Source: Amoebophrya sp. A120
Lineage: Eukaryota > Protista > Dinoflagellata
Direction of reading: 5' to 3'
Assembly: GCA_905178155.1 (NCBI GenBank)
Contig: CAJINV010000003.1
Coordinates: 692,517-756,516, forward strand
DNA length: 64,000 nucleotides
Positions 10,558 to 25,500 of this stretch are shown piece after piece (position 1 is the first letter of the stretch; each line of letters begins with the position of its first letter). Below the pieces are notes generated by a model. That model did no database searches. It had not been told where the DNA came from and saw only the letters and a program-made list of their open reading frames with translations. A program made the position numbers and the translations under genes.

Positions 10558-13500
10558 ATGCGGCAGACCACCTCGTCGAGGAAGCAGGCTCATCTGCCCG
10601 AGCACAGGCAGAGGAACCTAGCTGCTGCTCGCGACATTAACATAAATCACAAGCACTTCCCAAACAGCGGAATAGCGCACGTTCCAAAGGGGTACAAGAA
10701 ATTTAGTGGCCTCGATAACAGCGATAGCGACGGCGCAAGCAGCAGGGAGCAAAGCAGAAGTGAGAGCTCTAACAGGGCCGCGAAAAAACCGTCTGCAGCA
10801 GAACAATGGTTGGCGTTCCAGGACTCGCAAACGTCTGCAGAACGTCAGGCTCACATTGAGTCAGAGGCGAACAAATTCATCTCGCAGATGAACAAGTCGG
10901 CACTAAAGCAGCCCAAGGCAAAGACGAAGGAAGAAGAGCATGAGAAAACGGTGAAGAGAGTACTCAAAGAAGAGAAGCGCATGATATCCACCCGTGCAAC
11001 TGCAAAAGTATCGTACTGCTCGCAATAAACGAATCGCGCGTACAGTTTTTGCAACATCAACACAGCTCTGGTTCTCCTGCCCAATCCAGCAACGCGAATT
11101 CCATTTTTTTTTATTCCTTCTGATGAACTAAAAAATTGCATTTGCAAGGTATACGTAATTTCATCTACTACTAGAACTAGAAGTGCGATTACTTTTGCAA
11201 TGCATAATTGGACCGATTAGCAAATGATCGCATCTCGTCCTCGGACGACTCGTCGTGCGGGAGCGACAGCAACAAGGCTCTTCGACAGGGGAAAATCTTG
11301 AAGGAGAAACTGCAAAAATTTTCGGTATTTTCCAAGTATGCGCAGCAATCCAAGATAGTGCGCGATATGCGACAAAGTCCCCCCTGCGCGGCCTCGTCTT
11401 GCAGCAGTTCTAGCAAGAGCAGACGGAGGAGCCAGGGCTCCGCTGACTCCGGAAGCAGGAGGAGTTCTTGGAACAACAAGAGAAGCAAGCACGGCGGCGG
11501 TCCGGCCTCCAAGCGGTTATCTCACGATGGCGATGCAGTTTGGGACGCGTACGTCGCAGCGCAGAAGAAAGGGGTTGTCGTGGAGCCCGAAAAGGACATT
11601 GAAGACAACCTCGAGCGGGCGGAAGCGAAGGGGGCGCAGATCCTGTCTCGGCTGGACGCGATAATAGACCTGCCGCTCAACAACATCCCCTTCGAAACCT
11701 GGGAATCGCTACAAAACGCCGTCATTCTGAGCGACAAGAAAAGCCTGCTGCCGGAAGGGCTTTCCGCGCAGGTAAAGCTGCACCACCTACTGAAAATCGA
11801 GGATCTGCTGTTCCGCGTAAACAAGAATTACCGCGGGGTGCAGCAAAAGTATGACCGGGAAAAGGCCGAAGCGGAGAAAAAGCGGTACGAGAGGATGCTG
11901 CTGAGGCAGCAGCGCAAGGCCCGCGAGACCGCCGAGGCCCTCGAGGAAGAACAAATGAGCGACGGGAAAAAAAAGCAAAAGCGTCATAATGAGAACCAGG
12001 ACGACGAGGATGGAATCGATTCTTGCCGCAAAAAGTTGCAGTTCGTACCAGGAGGCCACAACTATCCGCGCGAACAGGCCGGGGGCAGTAGTTCGTCGTC
12101 CTCGTCCGCCTCGCGGGAACAAAATAACGCGCTTCGATCTTCCTCTGCGACTGAGGAAATGCAGGAGGTGGAAACCCCGTTCGGCGGTTTGAAGGTTGTT
12201 GGATTAAGAGTCGGGGATGATCTTGATTAGGGGAGAAAAATCTTGCCATCTCTACAAAAATTTTGTACCACCAGAACACGCGCAAAAACAAGGTTGTTTT
12301 TTGGGGTCCCAACCTATTTGGCGGCCCGCTTCCGGGCCCCACAGCCCCGGCAAATTTGGCTGGCGGCTGTCGCGTTTCACATAGTAGGAGCTTCGGCCGG
12401 AAGCCATTGGGAAGGAGCGACCGGCGCCGCCGTGCGCTCGTCCTCCCGTGTTTCCTAGGTGCCAAAGGCGGCCAGGAAGTTGGCCCGGCTCCAGGCCCGA
12501 TGCAGCCCGGCGGGCGCATCAGGTCCAGACCTGTTGTGGCCCAGCCGACCTGGAGGAAAGCGTCTGGCCCCGGAGCTCACACTTGCCAACAACGAGAGCC
12601 CCAGAACCCACCCCCAAAAACGACCCCCAAAAGCGACCCCCTTCCCCCCCCTAGAAACAGGCGATTTGAAGTACCCCCAAAAACGACCCCCCCAGCCACC
12701 CCCCTTCGGGGCCGGGCAGGGCGAAATCTGGAAGAGCTTTCTTGTTCTTTCCAGCACTCTCGCCTTGGCCACTCGTAGGCGCCATCGCCACTGGCGAGGG
12801 GCAGAGGCCCTTAAGCCTTGCCATGGGCTGCGCGCTCACCGCAGAGATTCCCTGCCCTTGCACGGCCAGCACATGTGGAGCAAGACTAAAAGACGCCCCG
12901 ACAATCGAAGCAGTCACAGACCACGGCCGCCCATGCGGGCCCAATCGATTCGGGCTGGCTGTGCGCGCTCGCTGACTGCCTAAAAAAATAAAAAGTTTAA
13001 AGCCCCAAAAAACAGCCTTTTTTTTTCGCGTGTTCTGGTGGTACAAAATTTTTGTAGAGATGGCAAGATTTTTCTCCCCTAACTTGACGATGAAGATGAG
13101 GAACCCGAAATTTCCCTCTCGATGGACGAGCCGGGCGCCGCGGTGTGGCGCAACTGTCTGCTGGAGAGATTGCCGCCAGCCGATGTAGACACCGATATGG
13201 ACCACGAACTGGCGGTAGGGCGGAACACATCAAACAAGAGTCTTACCGCTGGGAAGGGTCAAGAAGACGAGGACGTCGAAATGACCCCCGCGGAGGATCA
13301 GGACGTCGTCACGAAGGGGGACGGCTGCGCACCACCAGGAGCCGCTCCAGGCACAACAACTACACAGGAGGGACCTCCGGAGGACTCTGGGCAAAATAAA
13401 TCCGAACCTCCGCAGTGTATCACCCGCGTTCAGGCGCTCTTGTGTGTGCTTGCTAACTGCCTGACACGATCTGCAGACGAGTACCCCGGACAAGCCCGTC

Positions 13501-16500
13501 TGGCGGCCCGGTGCTACTTTGCCGTGTTGTCTCTGCCGCAAGCTCGGTCGTACACGAGCACCCTGTTGCGGTCCGCGATGGTCTACCAAATTTCGGACAA
13601 CCTGCGGGAAAGGTACGGGCGGGATTTGCAGTCGCTGCACGGCGCTGTAGAGGATTTTCGACGCTTTCTCGCAGGGGATTGCTTCCTCAAGCCGTGGCTG
13701 ACGCAGCTACACGAAACTGAAGTTGTGAAAGGGAAGATGAAACAAGCAGCGAGTTGTACTTCTAGAGCAGTAGAGACCGGCACCAGAAGAATCCAAGATT
13801 TTGCCAGCATTGCGGCTTCCTCCCCCAGCACCGAAGATGTGCAGTCGGAAGAAGGTCGTGGTCACTTCTCGACCATGAAGAGCAAGCAAGCGGAAAGTGC
13901 AGCTAGTTCTGCTTCTAGTGGTGCTTCTTCTCAGAGGATGAACAAGGAAAATTCAATTCAAAGCAATAAACATAAAGGGAGGTTAGAAAATCTCTCGTCG
14001 GATTGGAATGACAATGAGTTGCCGCAAGACGACGAGGACCACGACGCGACACGGGCTGAGCGGTTTAGTCGGCTTTTCACGGACGTTTTACCGAAGGTGC
14101 CACAGCGCGGAGCGGCGATGCAGATGTTATGGTCCGGTGCCGAGTACGCGGAATTCTTTCGTGCAAAAGCTGGCGTGAAGAAAGACAAGGACGGGAAGCA
14201 GACCGAGAAAGCGAACAAAAACAGTCGGTTGCGGGACCCTGAACACCTGAGGCGCAGATACGAGGAATCGAACCTGTATGTGCTCGGGCCTCAAAAGTTC
14301 AGCAGCATGCTCCCGCTCACGCACGCAATTTTTCACCAGCTGCGGAAACCCTTCGTACTTTGCCGCGACGCCGCCGGCCCCTCGGTCTTGCAGGAAATGG
14401 CGAACGCCCTCGCAGCGTGCATCGATCGCGGACTGAATATGGAGGGAGATGATGAGGACGACGACGAACAGGATGTTACAGGACGGAATCGGGATGAAAA
14501 AGATCCACGTCCGAGCAGCTACACAGAGAACGCGCAAGATGACGAAGAGCAGTCTCGCGCCAGCTTCTCCCAGCAAGGTAATGACCACATGGAAGTCGAC
14601 CTCGATGACGATGAGGACAGTGTGATGAGCGGTTCCACACGCGGAGGAAAAAAAGCCGTTCGCGGCCGCACGAAGAAGGGGACGAAGAGGAACAATGACG
14701 CAAGAACAAATGCAGATGAACAAGATGATGCCTTCACGTCGTTGTCAACGCACAAGCCACGGCCCCCGCATGTGGTCTTTCCCTACTACGAAGACGAGCA
14801 CAGCGGGTTGATTGACAGCCTTTACGGCGTGCTGCTCGTCTTGCTGGAGAAGATGGAGAAACGCAGCGTGCTGCTCTGCCTTGCGTCCTGCGTGTTTCAG
14901 CACCTGGCGCCCTATCTGACGATGACGGTGCAGAAGGATCCTGTCGCGGAGGTGATTTCCCAAACGCAGCTGGCGGCCCGGGACGCGGCCATCGACTTCG
15001 TGTGTTTCCTGGTCAACATTCTCCGCCGAGATTTAAAGGAGGCGGAGACGTGCAGCCTGAAGATTTACATGGACTACGACGAGGACACGGATCCAGATCC
15101 GGCTCTATTTCCCATCCAGGACGACGACGCGAAGAAAAAGGCAGATGACGGCGCAACACAGGATAAGGGCGGCGCTGGTGTTGCTGAAGAGCCCGTCACG
15201 ACGCTTGCTCGTCTACCTAGTGCAGCAACTTTCAATCGTCCGAGCGGATCAACAAAACAAGACGACCAATCTTCCCCACGACCCCGCCGTGAAGATGACT
15301 ATGACATACCAGATCACCCTCATTTTGATCCAGGACTCTTCCCGTATTCTGCTTCCAAAGCGAGTGCTGAAGGCCTGAAGCTAGCGACGAAGCGGATCAT
15401 TAAGCAGAAAGGGCAACGCCTGGACGACACCGGTGTGCCACTTGACGGCAGCCCGCCATTGTCGGACGACGATGAAGATGGCCGCGATGACGTCGACCAA
15501 GATTTTCATCCCGACGGGATCAACGCTGAAAAGGACAAAGACAAAAAAAAGCAGGACCACAAACCGAAGGAGGAGAAAGCGCCGAAGCGACCGACAACGA
15601 TCATGCATCCGTTGCTCGGACTTTTGCAGCTGTTGTGCCTGTATGAAATGCAAAAGCATCGTACTCGTATAAATGCATTACAAATTTCCTCAGCATGAGA
15701 AAGAAAATAATGCGGATTTCCCTTAAGATCAAGATTAAGATTTGTAAATGCAAGACTTGCATTTATACGAGTACGATACTTTTGCACAGGATAGCCTGGA
15801 GTGCCCCGAGAAGGAAGAGTATCGCGACAGTCTCGGGGAAGTGGTGATCCACTTTCTGGGGAGCATACAGCGGCGACCGATTTTAGATGGGATGGTTGAT
15901 TTTCTGATGCAGCTCATGCTGCAAGAAGTTGCGACCAAAAGATACCTCGCCGGGGAGACGATTGCCGCCCTGCTCGAGAAAGTGACCGGCATTGTGCCGG
16001 AAGTGGAGGTGGAGCGGGTGATGAACGAGGGGGCGGGGGACGCGGCCAACTGGGAGCAGGAAAAGGATCTGGATGACGATAGTAAGGACGATGGCTCTTC
16101 GACGCCCCGCAGTGGTACCGGGAGCTCTGGCAACGGAAGCAGCAAGGACGACGACGACGATCTCCCCGCTCTGTCGGAGGAAGACTTGCCCCCGATCTTG
16201 GCATCACCCGCGGGGCCGCACAAGTCGTCGCACGCCGATCTTGGGGTTGTCGCAATCATGACCCAAGACCGCCTGAGAGTGAAAAGCTTGCTTAGGCACC
16301 GGAGAAATCTGTTCATCAAGCACGCGTCCTCTACTTCCGTGCGGGAACTGCAGTATACCGCGCAGAAAAGACCCATCCTGCCGAAGTGTTTCCTGAACGA
16401 CCTGAGCAAAGAGTTCGACTGGGCTCGTCTCCAAATTGGCGAAGCCCGCGCGGCAGAAGTCATCCGCGGTATTATCGACCGCGTGCAGGACAAGGTTCCC

Positions 16501-19500
16501 GGGGTCCGCAGCAAGGCGCTCGCGAGTCTCTCCTCCACGTTCCTCTGCCACAACGCGGCACTGCTGTGCGATCACGTGTTGCCGAAAGAAGAAGACGAGG
16601 ATGCGCAAAAGGCAAAAGAGAGGACACAAAAGACGCTAAGTCGCAATGCATCTGCTGCCGGTTGTATAGCACCTGTGAGTAGCCAAGACTTCAGCGACCA
16701 AGCACAGAATAGGTCGCAAGATCTGGATGACGTGGAAATGATGTCCAACGATAACGAAGGTGACCACAAGAAGGATCAGCAAGAGGATGATCTATCAGTT
16801 GGCGCGAAAAGACGGAAGCTGGAACAAGACGGCTCACAGGACGGCGTGGGCAACAAAGTTCTTGTAGGAGTCGAGGAGACAACCACCAGTACGGCGCCAC
16901 ACGTCGGCCCACCACCGGAACTGGAGCTGCAGTACCTGCGGGTGGCCGGCGAGCTCTTCAATTCTTGTCTCACGGACGAGAAGCCGATAGTCCGCAAGGC
17001 CGCCCTGATGTTTTTCGACACCATCTTTCCCAAGGTGCTTGAGCTCTACGGCAAGGCCGCGGTGCTGTCGGAAAATCCCGACGACAACGAGATGCGCGAC
17101 CTGGTGCTCCAGCTCGAGGGGAGCAGAGGGAAGGTGAAAATCGACGCCGATAAGCAGTTTCTGGTGGCGACTCGGCCCCTCCCGTCGGCCGAGGAGGAGG
17201 AAGAGATAAACAAGGGTGGACCGGAGCAGGATAAAAAGAAAAAACAGAAAGAAAATAAAGAGAAACCGAAGCCCCCGGCGAAAAAGGTGAAAAGCGTACC
17301 ACCTGCTGGCAAAACGATGTTTTCCACCATGTTGCCGGACCCGTATGCTCTGAAAATTTACCATCGCCATCCATTTTTTGCAGTACAAACAGAAAAAATT
17401 ACGTACCGGTAGCGGTACCTTTTTTGCATAACGAATTGGATCAGGATGGTTAATTTTCAGGGAATAATCCCGACCGCAAGATAACAAAAAAGACCGTCTG
17501 GACCAGGCAGCGACTGTATTTGTTCGACGTGCCTTCCACCTCGTCCACCGGTGATGTGTCTTCAAAAGCCAAGGACTTTGCCGTGGATCCCGGTCCGGTA
17601 AGTGATTGCAGGGACATGGTGGTGTCTCCTGCGGGGCACGAGACACTCGCCCGCGATCATTCCGGATTGCTCTTAGGCGGCGGCGTTGGTGTGCACGTGC
17701 AGATGAACAGGTCTGGACAACAACAGGAACATGGCAACATGAAGAGCAGTCTCTTTGAAGAAGGTGTTTCCGATGAAGACCAGGATGTAATGGACGATAG
17801 AGTGATGGAGCACCTGGCGCCCACGTATCCTGAGTAAAAACGTCCCCACACCAGAGTCAAGATGGGGATTTTGCAACACAAACCTAGAAGTTTTGGGACT
17901 CTTGCATCACAAGTTGCCGTCCGTAGTGTAGTGCAGGTCAGCAAGGAAAAACGCATCACAAATCCATCTGCTGATCCTGGTTACAGCATTACAAATGCCA
18001 CAACACGATTAGAAATTCCTCTCATGGTGATGCGCATTACAAATGTTCCTGTCCGTGCAAATCTGCATGACAACTCTGGGGTGGGGACGTTTTTACAAAT
18101 GATACCACGGCTTTGTTTCGCATCGAGCAAATCAAGGCTTTGACAGCCGACGACTCGGTGATGGTTCGGAAAGCGGCGATGCAAACCCTGAGCATGATGC
18201 TGCGGCAGTGCCCGCAGTCGGGCGTGATCCGTCGGGCCTGGAAAACCGCGGTGCTGCCGTGCGTTGCCGACCCCGAGGCGAGCGTGGCGGAGAGCGCTTT
18301 GCAGGAGGTCCGGATGACGCTGCTGCGCAAGATCGCCAAGGTGGGCACAAGGCCGGACGACGAGATCTACGACTTGCTGGCTGAGTTCACCGACCAAGAC
18401 GTGGAGTACATGCAGCGCGCCGCCGGGAATTTATTGCGTAGCGAGCAACAGCAGGGGGAGAAGCTGGCCCAGGCCTGCTGCGCCATCCTGGTGCGGTACA
18501 ACAAGCTCAGCCTCTCGGTGCCCCTCCCCATCTTGGACTTGTACGAAGAAATCACCTCGCGGGCCATTCTGCAAAGCGCAAACACGATGAACGCTTCTAG
18601 TACCGGCCGGAACAGCAGGAGACAGGCGATGTACGAAAAGTTGCGCGCGGGGGATTTGATGAGCGTGGACATGGAGAAGCTGTATAATGATTTTCTGCGC
18701 CAGTACGAGAAAGACGAAAAGAAAGAGCTGGAACGAGAGAAAAGACGGGAAAAACGCGAAAAGCAGAAGGAAAAGCGTCAACTGCTACTGGCGGGGAAGC
18801 AAATGCTTCTTCCGTGCTCGGATGAAGAGGAGGTCTCGCCTCTCGCCGCCGGCGAAGAAGCGGACGCGGACGACGACTTTGCAGCTCCTGGGCAAAAGCG
18901 TGGTATCAAGCCTGGAAAAACATTAAAGGCCAACGACAACGAGCAGCGGCAGCTTGCGTTCGAAGCGGCCCCAGCGGGGGGAGACCGAGACGACAACTAC
19001 GACAAGGAGAAGAAAAAAGAATTCAAACCAGCGGTCATCAAAGTGGATGTCGATTTGCTGTTTGTTCTCTGGAATCACCTGGTGAAGAGCGAGGCGGAAT
19101 ACGCGTCCGCCATGCTGAGCCACGTCAACTCCAGGATGCAGTCTCACAATGGGAGCCCACGGGGTGGTTCTTCCCGGCTGCTGAAGAGCGGGTCTCTCCC
19201 CGAGCGACCGTCGCTGCCTCTTTTTGATAAGTCGAAGGAGCCGCCAGGGGGACAACAAGAAGAAGGACACACAATATTAAGCAGCTTCAACTCGTCTTCG
19301 CAACAGATCGGCTCTTCGGCCAGCACAGGAGGTGCTGGTGTTGCGCCTATCAAAGTTCCGGAACTTGTCATCGGCAGCAGCAGGGTCAACATGAACAACA
19401 CTTCTTCTGCAGCGGGGGCTGGTGGTGCACCTGGAGCAGCAGGTCTTACCCAGCACGACTCTTCACCATGTTTTAGTCTCGATGAAAGCTCGATCGTGGC

Positions 19501-22500
19501 GTCCCCGGCCGAGGCAGGATTGCTCAGTGTAGAGCCGGAAGGCCTCCTGCGGCGGAAAGGTAGTTCTTCCGATGGCTATTTTCCGCGAGGTGGGAGCTGG
19601 ACGGGCTTGCGTACGCAACGAGACGCGCGGGTGTTGCAACGTATGGTGCGGATCCTGGGAAACTGTGAGCCGCTTCTGTCGGTGAAACAGAAACGGTTTC
19701 TGGTCCGCGGGTTCCGGGACCACATCCTCGCACAGAGCGAGCGGTTCGAGATTCCGCTCCTTCGCGACGTGATGCAGTGCATCGTGAAGTTTGATCTTCG
19801 CATTGTGCGAGCAGTGAAATTGCGGCGGGAGAAACAGGCCGCGCGACGCGCTAAGGCTCAGCGAGAACTGGCAGGCGATTTTGAGGGGGATATGCAGAAC
19901 GATGACGCGGGGGACCCGGACGAGAACGACCCTACAGAGAAAAGAAAAAACCGAGGACCCCCGAAACAAGGATCTCGCAGCGAAAAAATGGTGGCCTCAG
20001 GAGCAGCGGGGAATCCGAAAAATCGGAGCAGTATCAAAGCGAAGATGAAAAAAGCAGCTGCACGACCAAAAGCGCAGGCAACAAGACTTCCCGGGAACAA
20101 GAAGGCGACGGCGACGAATAAGTCGGGGACGACGCGAAAAAGTGCTAGTATGACTAAGTCCGCGACCACTGCACCAAAGGCAGGAAAAGGAAATAGCGGT
20201 GCCACGCATAATATTAAGCAGACAACTTCTTCGTCTGTGCAAAACAAAGAGGACGCTTCTGCTGCGGAAGAAGAAGATGAAGTAGTAGACGTGCAAAGTT
20301 CGAAAGGTACTGTAGGCAGACGGCGCGGCAGTTTCTCGAACAGCCGCGGTGACCACAGCAAGGACGCTGAATCGGGAAGCCCAAGCTCAGATGAGGACCG
20401 CCCGTTTCGTATCCTGAGTAAAAACGTACCCACACCAGAGTCAGGATGGGGATTTTGCAACACAAACCTAGGAGTTTTAGGAGTCACGCATGACAAGTTT
20501 CAGTCCGTAAGGTAGTGCAAGTTAGCAAGGAAAGCCGCATCACAAATCGACCTTCTGATCCTTTTTACAGCATTACAAGTTCCCAAACACGATTGAAAAT
20601 GCCTGTCATGGGGTTGCGCATCACAAATGTTCCTGTCATGGCAAATCTGCATAACAACTCTGGCATGGGGACGTTTTTACACAGGATATTTCGGTTCGAC
20701 TTTAAACCGCTGCGGGCAATGTGCGTGCGTTCCATGTTCCTGCTCTATTTCAGCAACCCCAAGGCCGCGGCGAAAGCGAAGAGCAAGGGCATGGTGTTAG
20801 AAAAACTGCTGGCACAGCAGGCGTACGAACCGACTGGCCTAGACGACGACGAACCGATGGAGCTGGACTACATCAGCGATCCCGCGGTGCTCCACATGAG
20901 GCAGAAGCGACACCTGTTCCTCCTGGGAGAAATTGCATTGTGGGACTTTGGTACTCTATCTTTACCACAGTTGTTGTTCTGGTGAAGCAGAAGTAGACTT
21001 TGACTGCGCTTCCCTTGGAGCTGTTTCTGCGATAATTTCATTTCGACGTTCGATGCAGTGAATGAAAAATTTTAACTCCTGTAAAGTCGTTAGAAGGACA
21101 AAATTTTTTCAGTTCTCATTCTCTTCGAGTCGTGCACTAGCACTGAATCTGATTTCGAAAGAACGCCAGCAGGAGCCCCTGCTCGCAATATAAAGGCGAT
21201 GTTGACCACGACTTTGATGCTGAATTTTGATTTTCCCAATTCCAGATGCCGTTTGGACTCCGAGCATGGTTGAGACACTACGAGACCTGTGCGAGTTTGA
21301 CCATGAGCAGCGGGACTTGGCATTGAAGCAGAATATGGATGTGTCAGAGTTGAAATCGACAAAGTTGAAACAATTTGCCATGCATAAAAATGGATGCCAG
21401 TTGGAACCCAGTTTCTAAGTGGCGCATGACAAATTTCGGTGGTCCCTAAATCCAGTCTGGCATGCTGTTTAGGCAAAGAAGAGTGATTTTCTCATGCTAC
21501 TTTAGCAGCTCGAGCTGTAACCTCAAACAGGCTTACAATCGGCCTCACTTGCCTGCTCTGCAACACCCGTACCTCGGGTCATGCATTTTATGCATTACAA
21601 ATTATTTCAACTTTGACGATTTCAAACCTGACGCTCCCATACAGAAGAAGCCGCACGTAAAACTCGAGACGGACTTCCAGGAGTCCATTCGGGCGCACGC
21701 GTTGGTCGCCATGGGTAAGTTGTGCCTCCGCGAAGAAAACCTCGCAAAGACGAACCTGAAGATGTTCGCGGCCTGTTTGAAACGAAACGACGAAGTGCTA
21801 TGCGTCAGGAGCAACGCCATGGTGATCCTCTGCGACCTGGCCCAGTGCTACGCCACCATCGTGGACCGGTTTCTGCCCGTGATGACGGATTTTCTGGGCA
21901 CGGAGACCCCCTTGCTCCGCATGAACGCGGTCATGATGGTGTCCTCCCTGTTGGCGGAGGATTTTCTGAAGCTGCACCAGAACAAGATGCTGCCCTACCG
22001 CCTCTATCAAACGTAAAAATGTCTGGGTCTGGAAGAATTCGAACTTGTGATGCGTGTTGCGGATCATACAAAAATCTGTGTTGCATGACTTGCAAAAGGT
22101 CCCACTTCTGGCCATGTTGAGAAGGCATTTCTCATGCAGAATAGGCATCAGCAAGGTGCTGCAGAACCTGTGATGCTAGGCCCTGCATTCCAGACCTGGC
22201 GGAGCTTGAAAAACTGCATGACAAATCTCGGAATCTTCCAGACCCAGACATTTTTGCATTTGATAGCCTCATCTTCATGCTGGCGGACCCCGACAGGCGG
22301 ATCCGCGAGTTCGTGGAATCCGTCTTCCTCCGGATCCTGCATCCCCGCAACGAGAATGTGTTCCTCTTACACTTCCGCGAGGTGATCTGCGGGCTGAACC
22401 AGTTCAACGAAATTCCGGCTATCGCCACGCACTCGCAGGCCCACTACCGCTTCGATGTCCGGAAACGCTTCCGGATCTACTACTTCCTCCTCAAGTACAT

Positions 22501-25500
22501 GGACGGCTCCCAGAAATTACTTCTCGTCATGGGCATTGTATTTATTTTTTCAATTATGCGACGGCGCGATTTTGCTTTTGGTTGTTGAATGCTGGGTTTT
22601 GACCTTTAGGTAGCTGTATGATGTCTAAAATATTTATAATTATTCAGTTCACGTTAGTATTATCAACTTCAATATACTCCAGTTCTTGTCTTACTTGATC
22701 CTCCTGAGTAAAATGAAACTTGATGTTTCTGTACTAGTACTTCTTAACGTTTGCACATAGATTAGAATTAAAAATCAATGAACGCTTCAGGTTCAGCAGA
22801 TCTTGAATGCCTGGTGGGTTGGCCCGGCAGGGGCGGATGGCCCCCTGAAGATCCCCGCGAACTTAGGAAGCACTGGTGCGGGAAACCCCGCCACGGGAGT
22901 GCTGTTTGACTGCTTTCAGCTGCTCCGCTCCAAAGAATTGCGCAGTGTGTACTCCTACAGGCAGCAACTTACCGAGTGGAAAGAGGCGGGCGATGACCAG
23001 AAGATGCAGCCAAGGCCCCGCAACAATGTTCCCAACCTGGTGGCCGCGGGCGGCGGAAACAACAAGAAGAGCAGACAAAAAGCAGAAAGGATCAACAACC
23101 AGGTTGCCGCAGAGCAGGCACTGCTTATGAATTGCAAAAGTATAGATCCCCGTACTAGAACTAGTAGTAAGCGCATTACGAATTCTTGCTCGAGAAATTT
23201 AGGAGATTTGTAGTATAATGCATGACTGCAAATGCAATTTTGAGTACGAGTACGATACTTTTGCACTGGATGCTGTTCGAGGAGCAGCAGTTTTCGGACG
23301 AGGCTCAGCTGCTCCTTTTCAACTCCACGGCCCAAGCCCTGCTCCGCATGCTCCAAGACCAGTGGGTGCCGATTCTGAAGGGCCTCTGGGCGCGCATGCG
23401 GCAGGTCCGGAGCAGTTTGCAGAAGCAAGTGCAGGAGTGCCTGGTGGATATGCTCTACGAGTACATAGACGAGCCGGATTGGGAGCGCCGTTGGCGCGGT
23501 AAGAACGAAGGCCTCGTCGTCGAGATAAAGCGGGACATTGAGGCGGAGAAGAAGAAGCGCGACCCCAAAAACCCCATCAAGTGGAAACCCCCCTCCCTCG
23601 CCGACATCGTGGGGGACCACGTGTACGACACCGAAGAGGGGCGCGCGGCCCAGGTGTCCACGACGGCGTCGAACAACACGCATAGTAACTACGACCCCAT
23701 CCGTATCCTGAGTAAAAACGTACCCACACCATAGTTGTCATGCAAATCTGCATGCTTAAAATGTTTGTCATGCGGAGCCCCATGAGAAGCATTTTCTAAG
23801 GGTGTTTTGAAATTTGTCATGCTCCAATCAGCATGAGAGACTAGATCTGTAACGCTGCTGAACTAGCTCAAACAGCACTAGTACTCTACGCGTCCAAATT
23901 TGTCATGCGAAACAAGCAAAGTTGGCCGATTTGTCTAGCAGATTTTCCATCTTGACTCTGGTGTGGGTACGTTTTTACTCAGGATAATCCGCCGGCCGAG
24001 GCCAGGCATGAGCGACGCCATGCACTTCTGCCAACTTCTGTACCCCGATGGAACCGCCTATGGAAGTGTCAGAATCGAAATTGACAAAATCGAAAAATTT
24101 GTGATGCGCAAAATCGATACCAGTTGAACCCTCAGCTTCTAAGTGGCGCATGACAAATTTCGGGAGCACCAATATCCAGTTTGTCATGCTGTTTGCGCAA
24201 AGAATACTGCTCCTGTCATGCTACTCTGGGAGCGCATCGTCCTCCTCAAACAGGCTTGCAGTCGGTCTCATTTGCCTGCTCCCCAACACAGGCCACGCGT
24301 GCTCTACATTTTATGCATTACAAGTTTTTCGATTTTGTCGATTTCGATTCTGACACTTCCATACCGCCGACCTCTTCCAGTCGCTCGGCCTGGCGGGAAA
24401 GTTCGGCAAGACCCCGATGGAGCAAGTGCGGAATTTGGAAATAAAGCTAGGACTAAAAGTGGATTGGGACAAGTTCGCCATGAATGTTTCTGGCAGAAAG
24501 AACCTCAAAACCATGAAAAGCCAAAGAACTGCTGATCGTAGTAATTCTGCCGGCCGTGCTAGTAGTGGGGCGCTGGGTGGGGCCCAGATAGTAGTAAATG
24601 GAAAAGGCAAAGGGAAAAATGGAGGGAAAGATAGCACCGGCTTATTAAATAATAACTTTGCCCCCCGCGGCCCGGGATGGTCATCGTCGTACAGCAACCA
24701 GCACGGCCCTGCTAGTCGCGCCGCCGGTTCGAAGACGGTCCCGGCGCTGCTTGCGATCGCTGAAGAGGGTGCAGCTGACCACGACCAGCATGGTGAGCTG
24801 CAACTGCAGGAAGACGGGCAAAAATGCTTTCCGTTTTCTGTCGGCCAGAATGAAAATCAAAGAAGCGATCCCCGACATCAGAACAAAACGACTAAAAGAT
24901 TCAATAAACCAGGAGTGATGAAGAATATGATGTTGCGAGAGAACAGTGCACCTTTAGGCACGGGAGGAGCTCCTCCTGCAGCAAGTACAACCGGGGGAAC
25001 AACAAGTTGGGCTGCCGGGGCCGCGAGCGGAAAGATCTTATCGGAAAAACACCCAACGAGGACCCTGCTAGCAATAGAAGGTGGACCGGGAACTTCTTCT
25101 ACTATCGATGTAGAGAATAGGAATAGTGTCCTCAACCAGAAGCCGCGACCGCGAGATCATCCGAAACCTGGTTGTAGTGAAAATAGAAATGGTCCGTCGC
25201 CTTCCTCCCAGCCGTCTCGGGGCCCCCTCGGTATCCGCAAGCAGGATGTGAGAACCATTTTTGCTCGGCCTGCGATGAAACTTAGCCGAGTCTCGCCGCT
25301 GTCAGCGGAAAATCTTTCTAAGCTTCCGAGGAACAAAGAGAACCACTGGCAGACGCAGATAGAGCTCAGAAAGCCAGAGACGGGTCGTGATCCTCATCTA
25401 CCAACCTTGTTGCAGCATCGGGACGAGAACGTCGAGCTACAAGCAGCTACAGCTCCAGCGGTTGATGCCCCTCCTCCTGCTAAGCGTGTAGTTGCAGGTC

